Shown here: positions 54,176 to 64,000 of the stretch, piece after piece
Layout: each line of letters starts with the position of its first letter
Position numbering within the stretch: position 1 is the stretch's first letter
Assembly (NCBI RefSeq): GCF_020745735.1
Contig: NC_083419.1
Location: 73,672,096 to 73,736,095, forward strand
Reading direction: 5' to 3'
DNA from: Hemiscyllium ocellatum
Lineage: Eukaryota
Length of the DNA stretch: 64,000 nucleotides
Program-made: the position numbers and the translations under genes
The notes under the pieces: generated by a model
What the model saw: only the letters and a program-made list of their open reading frames with translations
Databases searched by the model: none
What the model was told of the DNA's origin: nothing

Positions 54176-54444
54176 TGGCCATCGGAAAGGGCAAATTTAC
54201 AGCTTCCGCCTGTTGGTTTCCTGCTGGAGGCTGAGACTGGACCCTGGTATCAGCTCACGCAGCTCAAACATATGGGCTCGTGTATTTATATGAGGTTATG
54301 TTTAAACATGGACATATACACATCTTGGGATATTTGTTTTGCTGAATAGCTTCTTTGGAAGTTTTTTTAATGGTGGAAGTAAAATTGAGTAGCTTCAGGT
54401 CTGTTTCACATGATCGTTGCAAGTATTTTGTTTAAACAAAACAA

Positions 54445-54905
54445 ATTCAATTGGAAGTTAGCTCCCTTTATTTCAACATTCATTTACAAGCAGATAAAAC
54501 TAACATCAAAGTTCAAACATATTACCAGCTAGTAAAACAATTCAGCTTTCTTTTCCCCTGGACACTGCAAGTCTCTGTCCCAGTACAAAATAATATATAA
54601 TTCATACTAAACATTTCAAAGTTCAATTTAGACAACTAAATATAGAACGTGTCCAAAGTGATTATATTTAGAATATTCAGTTAGAAGTTAACTCCCTTTA
54701 ATTCTACATTCCACCACAAACAGATAAAGCTAAAAAGAACTTCAATAATGTTATTAACCACCAAAATTAGTGATTTTACTTTTGCTGTCACTCAAAGTCT
54801 CTCTCACTTTATAAATAATACACCATTTCTAATCTGTGTTTCTAAATTCAATTTAGGCAACCTAATATGGAGCATGTCTAAAGTGATTATGTTCAGAATG
54901 CGAGT
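54445..54905. repeat. Two-copy ~225-bp tandem duplication upstream of VH
   Basis: ttcaattggaagttagctcccttt vs ttcagttagaagttaactcccttt, and caatttagacaactaaatatagaacgtgtccaaagtgattat vs caatttaggcaacctaatatggagcatgtctaaagtgattat, both offset ~225 bp. Confidence 0.75.
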
Positions 54906-56064
54906 GGATGTCACTAAACAGTTTGGACCCGGAGATTAGAAGCACCTCCTTACATTGCAGAATGTCTCTCATTGCGTCTTTTATTTCAAATTGCTCCGAC
55001 CCTAAAATGCATAGTAAAGGATAGCTGTGTGCCTGAGAAACAAAACGTGAGTTGGCAGTGATACATAACACCTAGGTAAACTTTTGAAAGAGCATCTAAT
55101 GAAATAGAACAGGACAGTTCATATGTTTATTTTTAAAAATTCTCAACATCTAAACCATTGCAAGTAACTGTCTGGGTACATTAGGAGTGTTTGGTTAAAT
55201 TCGAGAGTATTACAATAATCATTAACACGGATGTAGGTCATAAACAGTATATGTCTCTCCTCACTGAGAGCCCTGACAAGGGGGTTAACTCATAAAAATC
55301 AGCAAAAATTCACGGTTACAATATACCAGTATTAATCATGTATAAAGGGCCCACTCAGTTTTAATGAGATACAAGAATCAGAGAATTGTGCAACAAGTAA
55401 TGTGAGATTGAACCAATTCAAGTTTGTTAATTTACTTTGAGATGTTAACAAATGTTACTGCAATGTGGGATTTTGAATCCATTAACTTCATCTTCAGGAG
55501 CTTTAAAGATACTCAATAAACAGGCTGGACTAACCAGAACGTCATTGCATTCAATGTCCTGTTTCTGCTAGTCATACAGTGAATGGTGTATTCAGTGACT
55601 TTCTTTTTTAAAGAAGAAATGTCAAGTGAAATGTGTCCATTGTGAGTAAATGGGAAAATATAGTTTGTTTGGTAGGATTTTATTTTAGTTGATTCATTTT
55701 CTCTTTAATCGGCCAGATACAATAGTTGGCAGCAATTAAGCGGACTGCAGAAAAGGTCCTTGAATTCCCAGTTTCATTTACTGGAAGGAGGTAGAGTTTC
55801 TGCAGTGGATCAAAGATATGTTGTCTCACTGTTGACCAGTTGGTGGAAAGGAAACTGCAAACCATAACCACCACCTCCGCAGAAACAAATCTACTCAGCA
55901 ACAATGCTGGAGAAAAGTTTATTTTTCAGTTGTGAAACTTGGAGAACTAGTCCCTCCTCTCATTGAAGGAAATATTCGCAGAGTCTCAGACAGAACCTAA
56001 ACATCAACAGTTCATTCGAGGCTCACTACGGCACTGCTTAATATTGAGAAAAATTGATAAATAG

Positions 56065-56370
56065 TCATAGAGTCATGGAGTGATAAAGCATGGTTACAGA
56101 CACGTCAGTCCAACCAGTCCATGCCAGTCATAATCCCAAACTAATCTAATCCCACCTGTGTGCACTTGGCCCATATCCTTCCAAACATTTGATATTCATT
56201 TACTTATCCAAATTTATTCTATAGGTTGTAAGTATCCACCACCAAATCATTCCACACACAAATCATTCTCTGTGTAAAAAGTTGTCTCTGATATCTTTTA
56301 AAAAAATTTCTACTCTCATTGTAAAAACATGTTCCCTATTGTTGAAATCCCTCACCATAGGGAAAATACG
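56065..56370 (-). mobile_element. CR1 LINE 3' fragment
   Basis: agtcatagagtcatggag...ttccacacacaaatcattctctgtgtaaaaag matches the reverse complement of the CR1 3' end. Confidence 0.75.
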
Positions 56371-56965
56371 CCAATGTCTGGGTCAAAAATTGAAAACAAT
56401 CCCATCTCCAAACATTTACAAAATATCACTATGGATCTTCCTTGACTCCAAAAAAGATTGTCCCCTTTGATCAATGATTTGTCAAATTTATTCGCGTATC
56501 TAATGCGATGGATGTTTTCAAATAACTTCTGAAATGCAAGTGGTTCACATCAATCGTATTAAAGTAACATTTTGTGTATTACCCCACACACACAAAAAAA
56601 CACAAGTTTGTGGACATGAGTTGCTCTGAGGAAGTTTATGATGAATTCTTTTATCAAAAACAATCATATCCAGTGTTGTGAGGGCTCGTCTATCTTCTGT
56701 GCAATGGTCTGAATTTTAAGTTGTGTCTGCAGATGAAACTGGCTGATCTGGGTAAAGGTGCTGTTTATGCCTTTTACATTGTGAATGTATATTGCTGACT
56801 TTAGTTGAATAAAGGGATATTGCCCCAGGCATCGTCTGGCACCATTAATTAGACCATTAATTTCCACATACCTAGCCAGAGGGTCAGGTGGAGTTTATTG
56901 ATACGTGATATTTTTAAAACGAAAGCTTCGTACGTTCCCAGTATGAACCATGTCAATTAGAGACA
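56371..56965 (+). repeat. Left arm of a ~590-bp inverted repeat
   Basis: Reverse complement of 58608-59196, e.g. acatttacaaaatatcactatggatcttccttga and gttgtgagggctcgtctatcttctgt. Confidence 0.85.
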
Positions 56966-57359
56966 TTCACCTTTCCACTCATGGCTTCATAAACCTATAT
57001 GAGATTCCCCCCACCACCACCACCCGAACTCTCACCCTCCAGTGAAACAAGTTCCAGTCTATCTGGATTTCCAACGATAACATTGTTCCCTCACATTCTG
57101 CTGTTAAAGATACTCCTGCCACCCCAGGTACACGGGAGTGTCCCTTAATACTAGTTCAAAGAAATGAAAGGAACGTGTCCCACAATATTTTACAATTTTA
57201 TTTGGCTTCAAACACCATAAAAAAATGTTCATGTCATTGCTGATTTATGGGAGAATTCCGTTTACACAGTATCTGCTGAAATACCTGCAGTACCATCCTG
57301 AATCTGGTTCGCAGGTTCACCTGTTGCTCACAACTGCAACCAGACATCAGGTAACAGTG

Positions 57360-58090
57360 TGTGGGATATAGGTAAAGTAGTGTTACTTCTGCAATTATGT
57401 TTACTTATACAAAGTATATGAACTCACACCAGTGTGTAATTGTTTCAGCCAAGAGCTGAGTCAACAAGAATGGAAATTATATAGAGGAAATACATAATTG
57501 TTTTTGTATTAGCTAAAAGTGTATGCATGAATGAAACGGGACTGCAAAGCAATGGTAGATATTACAGACGAATAGATAAGATGCTGTGAGGGGGGAGAGT
57601 TAAGCTAGATACACCTGTACAAACATCAGGTGTAAACATCTGTTTCCCACTTTTACAGAAACACAAGAACAAACCCCAATTAAAAGGGTCATATGAATCA
57701 GTATGGTAGGGGAGAGCACAGATGGAGGGAGGAGATAATGGTGAATAAAGGATGTGCCTAACAATGACCCAAAGCGGGATGAGGTCAAACGACCTTGTGA
57801 GGCCAGACATAAGCATTTTGTCACAGACAAGGCCTGATAAGGCAAGAGATACACAGGAGTAATGGGCGCCGGTCTTAGGGAAGTGGAAGATGGAAACAGG
57901 GGAGGAGCAATGAAATAAAAAAAAGAAACCAAATAACATAAATATTGTGTATTAGTTGAATTCAGTGTGTGTCCCTGCCTTGTAGACAGTGGACATCACA
58001 TCCTTTTGCAAGGGTAAAATAAAGGGCACTACTGATTCAGATTTTGTCACGCACTGAAATTATTGAAGTGTGTGAGCTTTGTTTCTCACA
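57360..58090 (+). mobile_element. Solo LTR (family copy 3)
   Basis: TGTGGGA...TCTCACA, flanks AGTG and ACTG (TSD with 1 mismatch), CATAAATA at ~57937 and AATAAA at 58018-58023. Confidence 0.85.
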
Positions 58091-58607
58091 ACTGCATATC
58101 GTCCACACCCAACCCTCCACCCTTCCGTTCTGTACGTTTCGCTTTGTGAAATCAGTATTGTCAATAATCAGTTAAAAGAAAGATTTTTGAAAACTTTCTT
58201 AATTCATGTTGCTGATCTTGGCTGAGTAAAGGTATGTTGCTGTCAGCATTTCTGGGGAACATGTCTGCATTTGTTTCGTGTCAGTTTTCAATGATATTAA
58301 GTCAAGAATTTTCAAAATGTCCTGCGAAACAAGGTTTAGAAATGGGCGTTCTGCCCCTACTTTTTTTCCCCATGAGCCAGGATTTGCAGCATTGGAGATT
58401 ATATCTGTGTTGATAATGGATTAGACCGTACACGATGTTCCCGAATGTTTACTTCAAGTGATATCACCTGCAGGGTTATGGACAACATGCTATAAAGTGA
58501 GTGTTGGCTGGAAGACTCTGTCTTCACGTGATGCAGGTGCGATGGGCATCTCTCTCTGTTGTGAAATCTTCATCTTTCTTAAAGTCATCTTTCCTACTTT
58601 ATCTCGT

Positions 58608-59196
58608 TCAGAGACTCTAATTCACATGATTCATATCGGTAATATTCCAAGCCTTCGGTTCAATGATATTAATAAACTCCACCTGACTCTCCAGCTAGCG
58701 ATGTGGAAATTAATGGTCTAATTAATGGTGCCAGACGATCCTGGGACAACATCGCTTTATTCAACTAAAGTCAGCAATATATATTAACAATGTGAAAGGC
58801 ACAAACTGTACTTTTACCCAGATCAGCCAGTTTCTTCTGCAGTCATACACAAAACTCAGACCATTGTACAGAAGATAGACGAGCCCTCACAACATTGGAA
58901 ATGATTTTGTTTGTTAAACCAGTCCATCATAGACTTGCTTAGAACAACTCGTGATATCAAAATTGCTTGATTCTCTTTGTGTGGGGTAACACATGAAATG
59001 TTACTGTATTCCGACTGATGTGAACCATTTGCACTTCATGTTATTTGAAACGTCCTTCATAACAGATATGGGAGCAAATTTTAGAAATCATTGATCACAG
59101 GGACATTGTTTTTAACTCAAGGAAGATCCATAGTGATATTTTGTAAATGTCTGGAGCTGTGATTGCTTTAAATTTTTAACTAAGACATTAGAATGC
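58608..59196 (-). repeat. Right arm of a ~590-bp inverted repeat
   Basis: See left arm; e.g. acagaagatagacgagccctcacaac and tcaaggaagatccatagtgatattttgtaaatgt. Confidence 0.85.
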
Positions 59197-59739
59197 AATG
59201 GACAACATCACAATTTGCTCTAACATGACTCTCGCAACCACTGTGAACCTGGAAGGTGATGGTTCAGAATTTAACAAACACTTAGCAAGGTTTGTGGAAT
59301 GGACCGACGAGTGATAATGAAAATTAACAAAGGCATTTCTGAAGTGATTAATTTAGCTAGGAAGAATGTAGAGACACAAATTCACATCTCTGTTTGTATT
59401 TCAATAGACTATTAATTACTTTTCTATTATATCCTAAAATACTTGTGTCTTTGTTCATATATAATATACGCTACCTTGTTCCGGGGTTAAGATAGTTTCT
59501 TTATTTATTTCACTCAAGACTGTATGCTGTATTTTTGCCTCAGAATTTACCAAACTTGGTTTGGTGCCAGCTTATATCACTTGAGCTGCTTTTTCAGGAA
59601 GTGAATCTCTTCACCTGTTATGTCAAAATAATCTGTTCATGCTTAGATCGAAATAAATCCTATTAATATCATCCCAAATTCACACTCGGTTATTTTGTAT
59701 TTATTCATTGGAATCGAACAGGAATATGACCGGCTGTTC

Positions 59740-60755
59740 TTGGTTGAGTGGGAGAGGGAGTTAAAGTGTGCAGCCACGGGGCCATGGGGTTAGCATGGGT
59801 GTTCCAGAGATGTTCTCTGAAATGATCCGCAAGTTAGTGTCCTGTCTCCCTGATGTAGAGGAGACTACATCAGGTGGAACAGACACAGTGGATGAGATTT
59901 GTGGAAGTCTAGATAAGTTTCCATGGGATGTGGAAGGGTCATTTGGGGCCTTGTCAGAGGTGAGGGGAGATGGGCGCAGGTTTTGCACTTCCTGTTGTGA
60001 CAGGGGAAGGTGACAGAGGTGGGGAGTGACCTGACGAGTGGGTCGCGGAGGGAATGGTGTCTCCGGAATGCAGATAGGTGTAGGGAGGGAAATACACCCC
60101 GAGTGATGGGGTCTGTTTACGGTGGTGGAAGCAGCGGAGGATGATATGATGTATGCGAGGTTGGTGCGGTGGAAGATGAGGACCAGTAGGGCTCCCTGTT
60201 GCGATTGGAAGGATGGGGTTCACGGGCATCGTCGACCATGTGGGAGGGGAAATTTCAGTCTTTGATAAAGAATCTGGGATGTTTTATGGTGGAACTGGTC
60301 CTCCTGGGAGCAGATGCGGTGGAAGCAGAGAATTGACAATAAGGGATGGCATTTTTACAGGAGGTCGGGTGGGAGGAGGTGTAGTCCAGGTAGCTAGGGG
60401 AGTCAGTGGGCTTGTAGTAAATGTTTAGTTGGTCACTGGAGATAGAGGTGGAGAGATCTAGGAAAGGGAGGGAGTTGTCCAAGATGGTCTCTGTGAAGTT
60501 TAGGTCAGTTTGGAAGGTTTTAGTAAAGTTGATAAACTGTTCAACCTCCTAGTGGTTGCATGAGGTGGCGCTGATACAGTCATCAATGTAGCGGTGGTAA
60601 AGGCGGGCAATGATACCGGTGTAGCTGTGGAAGATTTACTGTTCCACATATCTGACGAAGAGGCAGGCAGAGCTGGGGTCCATACAGGTGTCCATGGCTT
60701 CCCCTTTGTTTGGAGGAAGTGGGAGGATTGAAAGAAAATGTAGTTGAGGTTGAGC
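59740..60755 (-). mobile_element. Penelope-like retroelement fragment (RT C-terminal part plus GIY-YIG endonuclease, frameshifted)
   Basis: SHFLQTKG, LPFLDLS...IYYKPTDSPSYLDYTSSHP...CKNAIPY, HIILRCFHH, and frameshifted CSRCGLLYIGET-like DNA (ctacatcagggagacaggacac). Confidence 0.88.
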
Positions 60756-61087
60756 ATGCACTGCTTGGGTTGGCATGACAGGAAGAAACTGAGGGCTTCG
60801 AGAACTACATCATGGCATTTGGATGTGTACAGGGCCTGGACATTCTGTTTATTCTGGAGCTTGCAATTATTATGGAACTGCAAGGGTAATGGCTGTGAAC
60901 TCGGAGAAACCAATGTTTCAGTCTTCTGCTTGAATAAGATTTTATCCAGAACATTTAAACACCACAAAGCTCACTGTAGGAAATGCCAGTGCTGCAACTT
61001 CTAATAATACTTGAAACTTTGTTAAAAAGAGGGATTTTTAGTCATAGTTTCTGAAATAATCAAGAAAAGAATTAACCGTCAGAACAA

Positions 61088-61458
61088 AGTTAAAAATCGC
61101 ACAACACCAGGTTATAGTCCAACAGGTTTAATTGGAAGCACACTAGCTTTCGGAGCAAGGCTCCTTCATCAGGTGATTATGGAGAGCTCGATCGTAACAC
61201 AGAATGAATAGCAAAAATTTGCAGTGTGATGTAACTGAAAGTATACATTGAAAAATTGATTTTCTGTTAAGCGTTTCATCTGTTAGAATACAGTGATCGT
61301 CTCTGTATTCTAACGGTCGAGCCCTCCATAATCACTTGATGAAGGAGCGTCGCTCCGAAAGCTAGTGCGTTTCCAATTAAACCTGTTGGACTACAACCTA
61401 GGGTTGTGTGACTTTTAAATTTTTCACCCCAGTTCAATACTGGCATCTCTAAATCATG
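61088..61458. mobile_element. Penelope-derived short element with inverted termini, same family as 47006-47208
   Basis: Arms aaaatcgcacaacaccaggttatagtccaacagg... and their reverse complement at ~61335-61420; 13-bp direct repeat accgtcagaacaa (61075-61087 and 61459-61471). A degraded relative lies at ~17655-17790. Confidence 0.8.
61141..61175 (-). ncRNA. Minimal type I hammerhead ribozyme motif
   Basis: Minus strand cac-CTGATGA-A-GGAGC-ctt-GCTCC-GAAA-GC-TA-gtg; the opposite arm (~61333-61367, +) has C3>T. Confidence 0.7.
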
Positions 61459-63074
61459 ACCGTCAGAACAAGTTCTTTCAAAGAGAGAGAATTTGCAAAG
61501 TTTGAAACCATACACTGCTGTGGTTTATTTGAATTCAATGTCGGTCAGAGTTAGATAGAGACAAGGTGATCTCTCCATATATTGATTTTGTTAATCGGAC
61601 ACACCGACATACCTGTCTGGACAAAACTGTATTATTTGTTTAGTTGATCAAAATTTAGGAAACAGATCAAACAGAATGTATTCTGCTGGGAAGGTGATGG
61701 ATACAGAAGACAGAATCAAAAACTGGGAACATTATATCTGAAGGGAGAGTAACAAGTTACAAGATCAGAGACATGAAAAGGTGCATGTCGATGTGTTCCA
61801 GACTGTAGTGAATCGAATGAGCTTGTTAAATAGTCGAGGGACTCGACAAATGACGTCCTGGAATCAGACTGTGAAACAGAGATCGAAAGGTTGATTTGTA
61901 AATGTCACTTCAATGTGATCGCTTCACACTCTGTGTCCTCATATAGGCCACATTGGCAGATGTTTCCGCCAGATTGAATCCCCTGGGTTTATTTTCTGAT
62001 CAGAAGTGAGATGGGTGGCTTGCTGCTGGCACATAGAAACAGGAAGTAGTGTGCCAGCTGAGAATGATACACCAGGCGTTACTTTCTGTAATATCAGCAC
62101 AAACAGTCTTCCTACCTCTGAGGGTGAACACACACTGGCAGTGTCAAGAACAAACGGACAGATTGCTTTTGGTCTCAACATTGTATTCAATTCCATTCCC
62201 ATTTTCCAGGATTAAACAGAAGAGACAAAAGATTATTTTAGCTAGAGTAAATTATCTGTCAGAGAGATAAGAAGAGTTACCATCGGGTGGAAGGAGCTAA
62301 ATGACAATATGAAGTTTCACTCATAAACCTATGTTTAAAAGTAGAAAGCTTGAGGGAAGTTAATAAGTAAATGTAAGAGACAGCATTCATTAAAAGTTGG
62401 AATTGTAAGGTTTAAGCAATAAAATTCAGCATGGCTTTTGTGGAAGTGATATCATGTCGGAAGTGGAGCGTGCTCTTCCAGCACCACTAATCCAGAATCT
62501 GGTTTCCAGCATCTGCCGTCATTGTCTTTCCCTCATATCGGAAGTGGTTGATTCTGTTTTGCGGAGAGGCAATAAGATGTGTCATCGGGTGTAAAAAAAG
62601 GTGTATGTAATGCTTCTTGACTTCAATCAGGTTTTTGACCAGATTTTGCATCTTCAATATGGTAAGGATTCATGGGATCTGGTGCAGTTTGTCAAATGCA
62701 TCGAAGGTTTATTTGTTGGCAGAAGGTAATGGTTGAAGGTAGTCATTGTGAAGATATCTTGTGTCCAGTGGCTTACTATTTGACTTGGTGCTGGATCCTT
62801 TGCTATTTGCAGCGTATATGAACAGTCTAGTCAACAATGTAGCAATTTTGATCAGTAAGTTCAAAGATGAGGTGAAAAACGTTTGGTTTTGCAATTAATG
62901 AGGAGGAAAGTTAGTGTGACATCGATGACCTTGCCTGTTAGAGAGAAAAATTGAAAACAGAACATTATATCCTAAAGTCTGTGAAGTAAAGCATTTTCAA
63001 GTCTAACAAATTAAGCGAATATACGATGCATTGTTGGAATCTACACATAAAAAGGATAAGCAATCTTCTGTTGT

Positions 63075-63395
63075 GCATATCCACATTCCTGCCTCAGGTG
63101 ACTGACTGCGCGGAGTTCGCACGTTCCCCCCGTGTGTGCGTGGGTTTCCTCCGGGTGCTCTGGTTTCCTTCCACAGTCCAAAGATGTGCGGGTCAGGTGA
63201 GTTGGCCACGCTAAATTGCCCGTAGTGTTAGGTAAGGGGGAAATGTAGGAGTATGGGTGGGTTGCGCTTCAACGGGTCGGTGTGGACTTGTTGGTCAGAA
63301 GGGCCTGTTTCCACACTAAGTAATCTAATCTAATCTAATCTAATCTAATCTAATCTAATCTAATCTAATCTAATCTAATCTAACCTAATCTAATC
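63075..63395 (+). mobile_element. tRNA-derived SINE (HE1-like) with (TAATC)15 tail
   Basis: gggtttcctccgggtgctctggtttccttccacagtccaaagatgtgcggg...; TAATC tandem at 63321-63395. Confidence 0.82.
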
Positions 63396-64000
63396 ATGGA
63401 GTGGGGGGTTGAAGTTATAGTCTGGAGATATTGTGGCTAGACCATAAATTCAGGAAACTCGGGTCTGAGCCCACAGTGCTGCCACATCAAGTCGTGAATT
63501 AAAGTTGATAATAAAACAACTCATTGAAGGAATAAGCTCCACAGATATCCCCGTGCTCTGCTTTGGATAGCACAACATATCAGCGCAAACGTTAAGGCTG
63601 AAGCAATCACAGCAATCTTCAGCCAGAATTGCCAATTGTCTGATCCATCTTGACATCTTCCATAGATCACCAATATTACAGATACCTGTCTTCAGGGCAT
63701 TCGCTTCTCTCCATGTGAAATCAAGACACTGTCGGGCGGTGGGCACTGGTTACTGCAAATGCTATGGAGCCTGACAAAATTCTGGCAATAATACTGATGG
63801 CTCGTGCTAGCCAAGCACTCCCAGTACAGCTACAACACTGGCATGGACAATGTGGAAAATATGCCAGGCACGTCCTGTGTACAGAAAATAGGTCAAACCA
63901 CCCTGGGAAATTACTGCTCCATCAGTCCATGCTCAATCATGAGTTAGGTGTAGGAAGGTGCTTTCAACAGTGCTGTCAAGCAGTACTGGCTCTGTAATAA

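Noticed and set aside
57360-58090. Solo LTR as an alternative promoter for the VH gene
   Set aside because: The TATA-to-AATAAA order shows plus-strand polarity, pointing away from the minus-strand Ig gene.
61700-62270. Short ORF-like stretches upstream of the cluster (possible second V or leader)
   Set aside because: No Ig V motifs (C...WxRQ...YYC) on either strand.

Overview
Eukaryotic genomic DNA from a cartilaginous fish, most likely a shark (inferred from the Ig sequence and the HE1-type SINE and CR1 repeats). The main feature is one complete, intact cluster-type IgM heavy-chain gene on the minus strand (33461-54081): leader, VDJ, CH1, CH2, CH3, CH4 with secretory tail, TM1 and TM2. All splice junctions are GT-AG and in frame, giving a 577-aa secreted and a 602-aa membrane precursor. 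V, D and J are already fused in the genomic sequence with no RSS, so this looks like a germline-joined IgM. The secretory tailpiece lacks its penultimate Cys (TGT>TTT), and the V domain carries an extra Cys at the conserved FR2 Trp. The remainder is repeat-rich: CR1 LINEs (one near full length), tRNA-derived SINEs, a Penelope-like fragment, short palindromic Penelope-derived insertions carrying hammerhead ribozyme cores, three solo LTRs of one family, and a ~590-bp inverted repeat upstream of VH. A decayed, internally repeated, unidentified protein-coding sequence lies at ~13-20 kb, and there is a 128-N assembly gap. All calls are by eye; no database searches were run.
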